The notes below the pieces were generated by a model that was not told where the DNA came from, searched no databases, and saw only the letters and a list, made by a program, of their open reading frames with translations. Shown piece by piece: positions 22,378 through 29,949 of a stretch of DNA of 32,000 bases. Every line of letters starts with the position of its first letter. Position 1 is the first letter of the stretch. The translations under genes were made by a program, and so were the position numbers. Source of the DNA: Alkalilimnicola ehrlichii MLHE-1 (lineage in GTDB: Bacteria; Pseudomonadota; Gammaproteobacteria; Nitrococcales; Halorhodospiraceae); NCBI RefSeq assembly GCF_000014785.1, contig NC_008340.1, forward strand, positions 2,520,001 through 2,552,000, in the 5' to 3' direction.

Positions 22378-23541
22378 GTCACTGCGAGCCCCGAAGGGGC
22401 GTGGCAGCCCACGCCGGGGTGTGGATCGCCGCGTCGCTGCGCTCCTCGCGATGACGGGGGTGGTGGCCCCCACCGTCACTGCGAGCCCCGAAGGGGCGTG
22501 GCAGTCCATACCGGGGTGTGGATCGCCGCGTCGCTGCGCTCCTCGCGATGACGGGGGTGGTGGCCCCCACCGTCACTGCGAGCCCCGCAGGGGCGTGGCA
22601 GTCCACGCCAGGGTGTGGATCGCCGCGTCGCTACGCTCCTCGCGATGACGGGGGTGGTGGCCCCCACCGTCACTGCGAGCCCCGAAGGGGCGTGGCAGTC
22701 CATACCGGGGTGTGGATCGCCGCGTCGCTGCGCTCCTCGCGATGACGGGGGTGGTGGCCCCCACCGTCACTGCGAGCCCCGAAGGGGCGTGGCAGTCCAC
22801 GCCGGGGTGTGGATCGCCGCGTCGCTGCGCTCCTCGCGATGACGGGGGTGGTGGCCCCCACCGTCACTGCGAGCCCCGAAGGGGCGTGGCAGTCCATACC
22901 GGGGTGTGGATCGCCGCGTCGCTGCGCTCCTCGCGATGACAGGGGTGGTGGCCCCCACCGTCACTGCGAGCCCCGAAGGGGCGTGGCAGCCCACGCCGGG
23001 GTGTGGATCGCCGCGTCGCTGCGCTCCTCGCGATGACGGGGGTGGTGGCCCCCACCGTCACTGCGAGCCCCGAAGGGGCGTGGCAGTCCACGCCGGGGTG
23101 TGGATCGCCGCGTCGCTGCGCTCCTCGCGATGACGGGGGTGGTGGCCCCCACCGTCACTGCGAGCCCCGAAGGGGCGTGGCAGTCCATACCGGGGTGTGG
23201 ATCGCCGCGTCGCTGCGCTCCTCGCGATGACAGGGGTGGTGGCCCCCACCGTCACTGCGAGCCCCGAAGGGGCGTGGCAGCCCACGCCGGGGTGTGGATC
23301 GCCGCGTCGCTGCGCTCCTCGCGATGACGGGGGTGGTGGCCCCCACCGTCACTGCGAGCCCCGAAGGGGCGTGGCAGTCCACGCCAGGGTGTGGATCGCC
23401 GCGTCGCTACGCTCCTCGCGATGACGGGGGTGGTGGCCCCCACCGTCACTGCGAGCCCCGAAGGGGCGTGGCAGTCCATGCCGGGGTGTGGATCGCCGCG
23501 TCGCTACGCTCCTCGCGATGACGGGGGTGGTGGCCCCCACC
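22378..23541. repeat. Tandem array of 12 complete 97-bp units, followed by a divergent 13th unit and a short-repeat tail to about 23680
   Basis: GTCACTGCGAG recurs at 22378, 22475, 22572, 22669, 22766, 22863, 22960, 23057, 23154, 23251, 23348, 23445 and 23542, exactly 97 bp apart. Consensus unit: GTCACTGCGAGCCCCGAAGGGGCGTGGCAGTCCACGCCGGGGTGTGGATCGCCGCGTCGCTGCGCTCCTCGCGATGACGGGGGTGGTGGCCCCCACC. Confidence 0.98.
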
Positions 23542-23680
23542 GTCACTGCGAGGAGGCGAAGCCGACGTGGCAGTCTACCCCTCTGGATCGCCACGGGCCT
23601 TCGGCCCTCGCGATGACGGGGGGAAAGCCTTCGGCCCTTGCGATGACGGGGAAAGCCTTCGGCCCTTGCGAGGATGGGGC
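23542..23680. repeat. Divergent terminal unit and CCTTCGGCCC short repeats, near-identical to 19305-19400
   Basis: GTCACTGCGAGGAGGCGAAGCCGACGTGGCAGTCTACCCCTCTGGATCGCCACGGGCCTTCGGCCCTCGCGATGACGGGG, then CCTTCGG at 23598, 23628 and 23656. Confidence 0.9.
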
Positions 23681-23687
23681 TATCACT

Positions 23688-23723
23688 AAAATAAAAGGGC
23701 CCCATCCCGTGGGATGGAGCCCC
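23688..23723 (-). terminator. Rho-independent terminator downstream of tRNA-Gln
   Basis: On the minus strand GGGCTCCATCCC-AC-GGGATGGGGCCC is followed by TTTTATTTT. The stem has one G-U/mismatch position. Confidence 0.8.
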
Positions 23724-23727
23724 TTGT

Positions 23728-23801
23728 TGGCTGGGGGACCAGGATTCGAACCTGGGTTGACGGAGTCAGAGTCCGTAGTCCTACCGCTAGACGATCCCCC
23801 A
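23728..23801 (-). tRNA. tRNA-Gln (anticodon CUG), CCA encoded
   Basis: Minus strand TGGGGGATCGTCTAGCGGTAGGACTACGGACTCTGACTCCGTCAACCCAGGTTCGAATCCTGGTCCCCCAGCCA. 7-bp acceptor stem, anticodon stem ACGGA/TCCGT with loop CTCTGAC, T arm CCAGG-TTCGAAT-CCTGG. Confidence 0.96.
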
Positions 23802-23802
23802 A

Positions 23803-23827
23803 TAAAGCGGGCCCGGCGTACCGGGCG
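23803..23827 (-). terminator. Weak terminator-like hairpin between rpsI and tRNA-Gln
   Basis: Minus strand GCCCGG-TACG-CCGGGC followed by CCGCTTTATT. Confidence 0.4.
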
Positions 23828-23857
23828 GGGCCGCCGGAGCGACCCGGATACAGCCGA

Positions 23858-24250
23858 TCAGCGCTTGCTGAACTGAGTGGCGCGGCGCGCCTTGTGCAGG
23901 CCGATCTTCTTACGCTCGACCATACGGGCGTCACGGGTGACGTAGCCTGCCTTGCTCAGCGGCTGCTTGAGCGCCTCATCGTACTGGACGAGGGCGCGGG
24001 TGATGCCGTGACGGATGGCGCCGGCCTGGCCGCTGGGGCCGCCGCCCGCAACGGTCACCTGCACGTCGAACTGCTCGGTGGCGTCGACCAACTCCAGCGG
24101 CTGACGGACGATCATGCGCGCCGTCTCGCGACCGAAGTACTCGTCCAGCGAGCGCCCGTTTACTTTAATGTCTCCGCTGCCGGGGCGCAAGAAGACCCGG
24201 GCGCTGGAGGTCTTGCGACGACCGGTGCCGTAATACTGCTGTTCCGCCAT
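23858..24250 (-). CDS. rpsI: 30S ribosomal protein S9
   Basis: 130-aa ORF ending ...[58 protein letters not shown]. Confidence 0.99.
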   Translation of the reverse strand: MAEQQYYGTGRRKTSSARVFLRPGSGDIKVNGRSLDEYFGRETARMIVRQPLELVDATEQFDVQVTVAGGGPSGQAGAIRHGITRALVQYDEALKQPLSKAGYVTRDARMVERKKIGLHKARRATQFSKR

Positions 24251-24273
24251 GACGTTTACCGTTCCTGATCCAA

Positions 24274-24702
24274 TCAGATATCGAGCGGCTGCGGCTGCTG
24301 GGCAGCATGCCGATGTTCGCCGCCGGCGTAGACCTTGAGCTTTTTGATCATCGCGCGACCCAGCCGGTTCTTGGGCAGCATGCCCTTGACGGCCTTCTCG
24401 ATCACGCGCTCAGGCGCCTTGTCGATCAGCTTCTCGAAGCTGATGCTCTTCATGTTGCCGATGTAGCCAGTGTGCTGATGGTACATCTTGTCACTGGCCT
24501 TGTTCCCCGTCACGGCGATCTTCTCGGCGTTGACCACGACGATGTAGTCGCCGGTGTCGACGTGGGGGGTGTATTCGGGCTTGTGTTTACCACGCAGGCG
24601 ATAGGCGACTTCGCTGGCCAGACGGCCCAGGGTCTTGCCGTTGGCGTCTACCACGTACCAGTCGCGCTGTACGTCTGCGGGCTTTGCGCTGTAGGTCTTC
24701 AT
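24274..24702 (-). CDS. rplM: 50S ribosomal protein L13
   Basis: 142-aa ORF: [68 protein letters not shown]. Confidence 0.99.
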   Translation of the reverse strand: MKTYSAKPADVQRDWYVVDANGKTLGRLASEVAYRLRGKHKPEYTPHVDTGDYIVVVNAEKIAVTGNKASDKMYHQHTGYIGNMKSISFEKLIDKAPERVIEKAVKGMLPKNRLGRAMIKKLKVYAGGEHRHAAQQPQPLDI

Positions 24703-24744
24703 GAACCGTACTCCGAAGCCTGTGCTCCCTCAGGAAAGGCGGGA

Positions 24745-24773
24745 ATCTTAGCGGAAACGGCCGCGTCAGACAA
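24745..24773 (-). promoter_or_regulatory. Candidate sigma70 promoter for rplM-rpsI
   Basis: Minus strand TTGTCT (24773-24768), 17-bp spacer, TAAGAT (24750-24745). Both hexamers match consensus at 4 of 6 positions. Located 42 bp upstream of the rplM ATG. Confidence 0.5.
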
Positions 24774-24814
24774 CACCCGATTGGCGGTTTGAGGCGTCTG
24801 CGCGCCGCACGGAT

Positions 24815-24845
24815 AAAAAAAAGGCGCGGCAGAGGGTGCCGCGCC
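24815..24845 (-). terminator. Strong Rho-independent terminator
   Basis: Minus strand GGCGCGGCA-CCCTC-TGCCGCGCC-TTTTTTTT: perfect 9-bp stem, 5-nt loop, U8. Confidence 0.93.
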
Positions 24846-24907
24846 TAACACACCAAAGGAGGATGGAGGAGAAGACCGACTGGCCAAACCATGTGGCCAA
24901 CCGGACG
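24815..24907 (-). ncRNA. Candidate intergenic small RNA (about 93 nt): 5' hairpin, C/U-rich anti-SD linker, strong Rho-independent terminator
   Basis: Minus strand CGTCCGGTTGGCCACATGGTTTGGCCAGTCGGTCTTCTCCTCCATCCTCCTTTGGTGTGTTAGGCGCGGCACCCTCTGCCGCGCCTTTTTTTT. 11-bp stem CCGGTTGGCCA/TGGCCAGTCGG (two G-U pairs, 7-nt loop). Upstream TTGACC-N17-GAAAAT. Confidence 0.5.
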
Positions 24908-24913
24908 AGTGTT

Positions 24914-24942
24914 ATTTTCTTGCGACGCAGCAGATGGGTCAA
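24914..24942 (-). promoter_or_regulatory. Candidate sigma70 promoter of the putative sRNA
   Basis: Minus strand TTGACC (24942-24937), 17-bp spacer, GAAAAT (24919-24914). -35 matches 5 of 6, -10 matches 4 of 6. Confidence 0.4.
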
Positions 24943-25017
24943 CCGCGCGGGGTGTGGCGCATTGTCCCACCCGGCGCGTCGCCCTTGTGCACCGGCACAG
25001 CGCCGCTGGTCGCCGCC

Positions 25018-25329
25018 TCATAGCTTCAGCCTTTCCACCTCGCGCCCGTGGACCAAGTGCTCGTCGACCAGCTCGTCCAGGTCCTCCTCATCCACCCACG
25101 TGTACCAGACACCCTCCGGGTAGACCACCGCCACCGGCCCCTCCTCGCAACGGTCCAGGCAACCGGCCGCGTTGACCCGCAGCCCCCCCGGCCCGGTCAG
25201 CCCCAGGGCCTTGGCGCGGGCTTTGACATAGTCCTTGGCCTCTGCACCGCCTCGATTGCAGCAGCAGGGGCGCTCATCGCCCTCCCGCCGGTTGGTGCAG
25301 AAAAACATGTGGCGACGGTAATAGGACAT
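25018..25329 (-). CDS. (2Fe-2S) ferredoxin-like, thioredoxin-fold protein
   Basis: 103-aa ORF: MSYYRRHMFFCTNRREGDERPCCCNRGG...VNAAGCLDRCEEGPVAVVYPEGVWYTWVDEEDLDELVDEHL, with the usual C-x(8-12)-C...CLdrCe.GP.vvvYPeg pattern. Confidence 0.9.
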   Translation of the reverse strand: MSYYRRHMFFCTNRREGDERPCCCNRGGAEAKDYVKARAKALGLTGPGGLRVNAAGCLDRCEEGPVAVVYPEGVWYTWVDEEDLDELVDEHLVHGREVERLKL

Positions 25330-25336
25330 AGGCGGA

Positions 25337-26137
25337 TCAAACCTCCTGATCCGGCGCCAGGTTGCGACCGGCGAAGATCTCGGTCATCTCCCGTCGAAGC
25401 TGGCGTTCGATCTCGCGGCGCTCGGCCGGTTCCAGATTGCCGGCTGACTCGCCGAACAGGTAGTTCTCCAAGTCCAGCTCCCGCACCATCATCTTGGTGT
25501 GGAACAGGTTCTCCTGAAACACGTTCACATCGATGGTGTGGTAACGCTCCTTGGTATCGTCCGCCAGGTAGTTCTGGATGGAATTGATGTCGTGGTCGAT
25601 GAAATGCTTGCGGCCGCGCACATCACGGGTGAAGCCGCGCACCCGGTAGTCCATGGTGACGATGTCGGAGTCGAAGCTGTGAATCAGGTAATTCAGCGCC
25701 TTAAGCGGCGAGATCACCCCGCAGGTGGAGACATCAATGTCGGCGCGGAAGGTGCTGACACCGTGATCCGGGTGGCTCTCCGGGTAGGTGTGCACGGTGA
25801 TGTGCGACTTGTCCAGGTGGCCCAGCACCGTCTCCGGCAGCGGCCCGGGCCCGACCTGGTCGGCGGCCTCCGCCACGGCCTCGCTGACCGGCTCCTCGGA
25901 GATGAGGATGGTCACGCTGGCCCCCTGGGGCTCGTAGTCCTGCCGGGCGATATTGAGGATATTCGCCCCGATGATGTCGGCCACATCGGTCAGGATCTGG
26001 GTCAGACGTTCGGCATTGTAGACCTCATCGATGTACTCGATATAGGCATGCCGCTGCTCCGCGGTCTTGGCGTAGCAGACGTCGTAGATATTGAAACTCA
26101 GGGACTTGGTCAGGTTATTGAAGCCGTGCAGGCTCAC
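25337..26137 (-). CDS. speD: S-adenosylmethionine decarboxylase proenzyme (E. coli type)
   Basis: ORF 25337..26257. The likely start is the GTG at 26137 ([23 protein letters not shown]). Processing-site region [40 protein letters not shown]. Confidence 0.95.
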   Translation of the reverse strand: MSLHGFNNLTKSLSFNIYDVCYAKTAEQRHAYIEYIDEVYNAERLTQILTDVADIIGANILNIARQDYEPQGASVTILISEEPVSEAVAEAADQVGPGPLPETVLGHLDKSHITVHTYPESHPDHGVSTFRADIDVSTCGVISPLKALNYLIHSFDSDIVTMDYRVRGFTRDVRGRKHFIDHDINSIQNYLADDTKERYHTIDVNVFQENLFHTKMMVRELDLENYLFGESAGNLEPAERREIERQLRREMTEIFAGRNLAPDQEV

Positions 26138-26279
26138 CCTGGAACCGTGTTCTGCCAACTGCCCGTCCTCCAGTCCGGCCCGTGGTGATCGGTACCGCCG
26201 CGCACAGGCGGCGGGCGCGGTATTATGCCTGACCCGGGGCCCACTGCCAGCCCCCACCGGACGTTGCGCCCCGGCCCGC

Positions 26280-26690
26280 TCAGACGAGTTCGTGGCTGTG
26301 CGTCACCTTTGCGGCCTTGCTCAGCATGATCGAGGCGGAGCAGTACTTCTCGGCGGAGAGCTGCACCGCCCGGGCGACGGCCTTCTCCGAGAGCCCCTCG
26401 CCGGCCACCTGGAAGTGTAGGTGGATGCGGGTGAACACCTTGGGGGGCTGCTCCGCGCGCTCCGCCTCGACGCGCACCTGGCAGTCCGCCACCGGGTGGC
26501 GGCCCCGCTGCAGGATGTGCACCACATCGAAGGCAGAGCAGCCGGCCGTGCCCAGCAGCAGCATTTCCATCGGCCGCGGGCCGCGATTCTCACCGCCCGC
26601 ATCCGCCGGCCCGTCCATCACCAGGGTGTGGCCGCTGCCGGTCTCCGCCTCGAAAGCGGCGTTGCCAAGCCATTTCACGCTTGCCTTCAT
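26280..26690 (-). CDS. OsmC/Ohr-family protein
   Basis: [28 protein letters not shown]...[60 protein letters not shown]. Start most likely 26690. Confidence 0.9.
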   Translation of the reverse strand: MKASVKWLGNAAFEAETGSGHTLVMDGPADAGGENRGPRPMEMLLLGTAGCSAFDVVHILQRGRHPVADCQVRVEAERAEQPPKVFTRIHLHFQVAGEGLSEKAVARAVQLSAEKYCSASIMLSKAAKVTHSHELV

Positions 26691-26798
26691 GGCAACTCCC
26701 ACCTATACCAATGACTAATAATACCGATAAGAGTGCGGAGTATATCCACGGTGCGCCGCTCTGAACAGGCGATGCGTCGCGATCTGTCGCAGGTCACT

Positions 26799-26804
26799 TA
26801 TAAT
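26799..26804 (+). promoter_or_regulatory. Consensus -10 element (TATAAT) upstream of the crp-like gene
   Basis: TATAAT about 49 bp upstream of the ORF. The -35 region is not recognisable. Confidence 0.45.
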
Positions 26805-26852
26805 TAGAGTCCCCTTCGCAACGCCGTATGCGCGGCACGAGGCAACCCTAAC

Positions 26853-27509
26853 ATGATTATGAATGCATCCATGGCGGGCCAGAACCCCGACTGTATCCAG
26901 CAGCTGCTGGCACAGAGTGAGCGCCATCTCTATGCCCCCCGGGCCTCGATCATGATGGCGGGGGAGGCCTCAGAGACGCTGTGCTACCTCAACTCCGGCA
27001 GCATCACGATCTTCATGGATGAAAGCAGCCACCGCGAAGTCATCATCGACTACCTCTACGCCGGCAGCTTCTTTGGGGCCTTGGGGTTGTTTCGCCAGGG
27101 GATGCCGCGCGGGGCCTGGGTGCGGGCACGCGGGGCCTGCGAGGTGGCCGAGATCCCCTACGACCGCTTCCTCGAGCTCAACCGGGAGTACCCGGAGCTG
27201 ATGGAGATGCTGGCGGGCCAGCTCGCCGACCGCCTGCGGCGGGCCCAGCAGAAGATCCACGACCTGGCCTGCCTGGACGTGGCCGGCCGCATCATGAGCG
27301 CCCTGCGCGATCTCGCCAGCCGGCCCGAGGCCATGACCCACCCCGACGGGATGCAGGTGCGCATCACCCGCCAGGAGCTGGGGCGCATCGTCGGCTGCTC
27401 CCGCGAGATGGTGGGCCGGGTGCTGAAGACCCTGGACGAGGAGGACCAGCTCGCGGTCCAGGGCAAGAACATCGTGGTCTTCGAGCGTCCGGTCGATCAC
27501 AGCGCCTAA
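26853..27509 (+). CDS. crp: Cyclic-AMP receptor protein-like transcriptional regulator (Crp/Vfr)
   Basis: 218-aa ORF with cNMP-binding domain (IMAGEASETLCYLNSGSITIFMD, GSFFGALGLF) and HTH (ITRQELGRIVGCSREMVGRVLKTLDEEDQLAVQGKNIVVF). Confidence 0.92.
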   Translation: MIMNASMAGQNPDCIQQLLAQSERHLYAPRASIMMAGEASETLCYLNSGSITIFMDESSHREVIIDYLYAGSFFGALGLFRQGMPRGAWVRARGACEVAEIPYDRFLELNREYPELMEMLAGQLADRLRRAQQKIHDLACLDVAGRIMSALRDLASRPEAMTHPDGMQVRITRQELGRIVGCSREMVGRVLKTLDEEDQLAVQGKNIVVFERPVDHSA

Positions 27510-27539
27510 AAGGCCGTCCCGGGGCGGCCGCCGGCGCGG

Positions 27540-28343
27540 TCAGGCCGTGGTGAACAACTCCTGCAGTGCATCCCCGGGCTGCGGCGAGCGCATAAAGGCC
27601 TCCCCCACCAGAAAGGCGTCCACCCCCGCAGCCCGCATGCGGGCCACATCCGCCGGGGTGTGAATACCGCTCTCAGTCACCAGCAGACTGCCCGCAGGCA
27701 CCTGATGCAACAGGTCGAGGGTGGTCTCGAGCCGGGTCTCGAAGGTCCGCAGGTCACGGTTGTTGATCCCCAGCAGGCGCGGCTTGAGTCGCGCGGCACG
27801 GGCCAATTCATCGGCGTCGTGCACCTCTACCAGCACATCCATGCCCAGCGACCCCGCCAGGTCGTGCAGTTCGGCCATGCGCCCGTCGTCCAGGGCGGCG
27901 GCGATCAACAGCACGCAGTCGGCGCCCAGCATCCGCGCCTCCAGCACCTGCCAGGGGTCGATGATGAAGTCCTTGCGCAACACCGGCAGACCGCAGGCGG
28001 CCCGGGCCACCCGCAGGTGCTCGTCGTCGCCCTGGAAGAAGTCGCAGTCGGTCAGCACCGACAGACAGGCGGCGCCGGCGGCCTCGTAGCCGCGGGCGAT
28101 GGTGGCCGGATCGTAGGGATCGCGGATCACCCCCTGGCTGGGAGAGGCCCGCTTGATCTCGGCAATCACCGCGGCCCGGCCGGTCGCCACCCGATCGGCC
28201 AGGGCCCGGGCGAAGCCCCGCGGCGGATCGGCCTCGGCAGCGCGGGCCGAGAGTTTCTCCAGCGGCAGCCGGGCCTGGCGCTCATCCACCTCCTCGGCCT
28301 TGCGGGCGAGGATCTTTTTCAGGATATCCGGGGTGCCGGCCAT
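27540..28343 (-). CDS. trpC: Indole-3-glycerol phosphate synthase
   Basis: Likely start [19 protein letters not shown] at 28343. [76 protein letters not shown]. Confidence 0.96.
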   Translation of the reverse strand: MAGTPDILKKILARKAEEVDERQARLPLEKLSARAAEADPPRGFARALADRVATGRAAVIAEIKRASPSQGVIRDPYDPATIARGYEAAGAACLSVLTDCDFFQGDDEHLRVARAACGLPVLRKDFIIDPWQVLEARMLGADCVLLIAAALDDGRMAELHDLAGSLGMDVLVEVHDADELARAARLKPRLLGINNRDLRTFETRLETTLDLLHQVPAGSLLVTESGIHTPADVARMRAAGVDAFLVGEAFMRSPQPGDALQELFTTA

Positions 28344-28345
28344 GG

Positions 28346-29371
28346 TCACACCTCCCGCGTGCAGCGCACAAAGGCCTCCAGCTTGCGCAGGGCCGAGCCG
28401 TTGCGCAGCAGTTCCGCGGCCCCGGCGACACCGGCATCCAGGGTCGGCGCCTTCTCGGCGGCGTAGAGTGCGGCGCCGGCATTGATGGCGATGATGTTGA
28501 AGGCCGGGCCCTCCCAACCGGCGAAGGCCTCGCGGATCAGGGCCAGGCTCTCCTCGGCCGTACCCACCTGCAGGTCGCTCAGCTCGGCCCGGGGCAGACC
28601 GAACTGCTCCGGGGTAATGCGGTACTCGTGGATCTCGCCCTCATTCAGCTCCGCCACCAGTGTGTCGCTGCCGATGCTGATCTCGTCCAGGCCATCGTCC
28701 GCATGCACCACCAGCACCCGGCGGCTGCCCAGCGCCCGCAGGGTCTCCGCCACCGGCACCACCCAGTGCTTGTTATAGACCCCCAGCAGCTGGTGCGGCG
28801 CGCCGGCCGGGTTGGTGAGCGGCCCGAGGATGTTGAACAGGGTCCGCACGCCCATCTCGCGGCGCGGCCCGATGGCGTGCTTCATGGCCGAATGGTGCTG
28901 CGGGGCGAACAGGAAACCCACGCCCACCCGGCGGATGCATTCGGCGACCTGATCGGCATTCAGGTCCAGCCGGGCGCCGGCCGCCTCCAGCACATCGGCA
29001 CTGCCGCAGCTCGAGGAGACCGATCGGTTGCCGTGCTTGGCCACCCGCGCACCACCGGCCGCCGCCACGAAGGCGCAGGCGGTGGAGACGTTGAGGGTGT
29101 GACTGGCGTCGCCACCGGTGCCGCAGGTGTCCAGCAGGTGCGGCTCGTCCACCGTCACCCGGGTGGCCAGCTCGCGCATCACCCGGGCGGCGGCGGTGAT
29201 CTCGGCCACGGTCTCGCCCTTCATGCGCAGGCCGATAAGAAAACCACCGATCTGCGCCGGGGTGGCCTCACCGGTCATGATCTGGCGCATGACCTCCGTC
29301 ATCTCCGCCTCGGTCAGGTCGGTGCCCTCGGTCACCAGCCGAATCGCGCCCTGCATGTCCATGGTCGTCAC
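28346..29371 (-). CDS. trpD: Anthranilate phosphoribosyltransferase
   Basis: 341-aa ORF: [54 protein letters not shown]. Confidence 0.97.
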   Translation of the reverse strand: MTTMDMQGAIRLVTEGTDLTEAEMTEVMRQIMTGEATPAQIGGFLIGLRMKGETVAEITAAARVMRELATRVTVDEPHLLDTCGTGGDASHTLNVSTACAFVAAAGGARVAKHGNRSVSSSCGSADVLEAAGARLDLNADQVAECIRRVGVGFLFAPQHHSAMKHAIGPRREMGVRTLFNILGPLTNPAGAPHQLLGVYNKHWVVPVAETLRALGSRRVLVVHADDGLDEISIGSDTLVAELNEGEIHEYRITPEQFGLPRAELSDLQVGTAEESLALIREAFAGWEGPAFNIIAINAGAALYAAEKAPTLDAGVAGAAELLRNGSALRKLEAFVRCTREV

Positions 29372-29946
29372 CCCTCGAGAAAGTTCTTCAGCAGTTCATG
29401 CCCCTGGCGGGTCAGGATGGATTCCGGGTGGAACTGCACCCCCTCCACCGGCAGCTCACGATGCCGCATGCCCATGATCTCGTCCAGCCGGCCGTCCGCC
29501 AGCGCCGTCCAGGCGGTGATCTCGAAGCACTCCGGCAGGGTCTCCCGGCGCACCACCAGGGAATGGTAGCGGGTGGCCTCCAGCGGGTTGTCCAGCCCGC
29601 GGAACACGCCCCGGCCGTTGTGGTGGATCGGCGAGGTCTTGCCGTGCATGACCTGGCGCGCCCGCACCACCTCGCCGCCGAAGGCCTGGCCGATGGCCTG
29701 ATGGCCGAGACAGACCCCGAGGATGGGCACAGTGCCGGCCAGCTCGCGCACCACCGCCAGCGAGACCCCCGCCTCGTTGGGGGTACAGGGCCCGGGCGAG
29801 AGCACAATGCGCTCGGGGGCCAACCGGCGGATCGCCGCCACGTCGATCTCGTCGTTACGGTAGACCGCCACCTCGGCACCGAGCTCGCCCAGGTACTGGA
29901 CCAGGTTCCAGGTGAAGGAGTCGTAGTTGTCGATCATCAACAGCAT
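29368..29946 (-). CDS. trpG: Anthranilate synthase component II (glutamine amidotransferase)
   Basis: 192-aa ORF: [60 protein letters not shown]. 4-nt overlap with trpD. Confidence 0.97.
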   Translation of the reverse strand: MLLMIDNYDSFTWNLVQYLGELGAEVAVYRNDEIDVAAIRRLAPERIVLSPGPCTPNEAGVSLAVVRELAGTVPILGVCLGHQAIGQAFGGEVVRARQVMHGKTSPIHHNGRGVFRGLDNPLEATRYHSLVVRRETLPECFEITAWTALADGRLDEIMGMRHRELPVEGVQFHPESILTRQGHELLKNFLEG

Positions 29947-29949
29947 GGC

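Noticed and set aside
22378-23541. CRISPR array or integron cassette (attC) array
   Set aside because: There is no repeat/variable-spacer structure: the entire 97-bp unit is repeated nearly identically. No cas genes, integron integrase or cassette ORFs are in the window.
22421-23876. Stack of 75-aa ORFs on both strands every 97 bp (MDRRVAALLAMTG... and MDCHAPSGLAVTVG...)
   Set aside because: They are produced by the 97-bp tandem repeat (97 is not a multiple of 3, so each ORF runs across about 2.35 units until the same stop). They start with GTG, overlap on both strands and lack ribosome binding sites. I treat them as repeat artefacts, not a protein family.
24699-24887. 62-aa minus-strand ORF upstream of rplM
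   Set aside because: It spans the Rho-independent terminator and the rplM promoter region, and its low-complexity translation has no recognisable domain.
24836-25175. Plus-strand small ORFs starting near 24863 (MEEKTDWPNHV...) and 24891
   Set aside because: The AAAGGAGG lies immediately next to the ATG, too close to act as a normal ribosome binding site. The frames run into antisense of the ferredoxin gene. The purine-rich stretch is better explained as the complement of the C/U-rich linker in the minus-strand sRNA candidate, whose U8 terminator is strand-specific.
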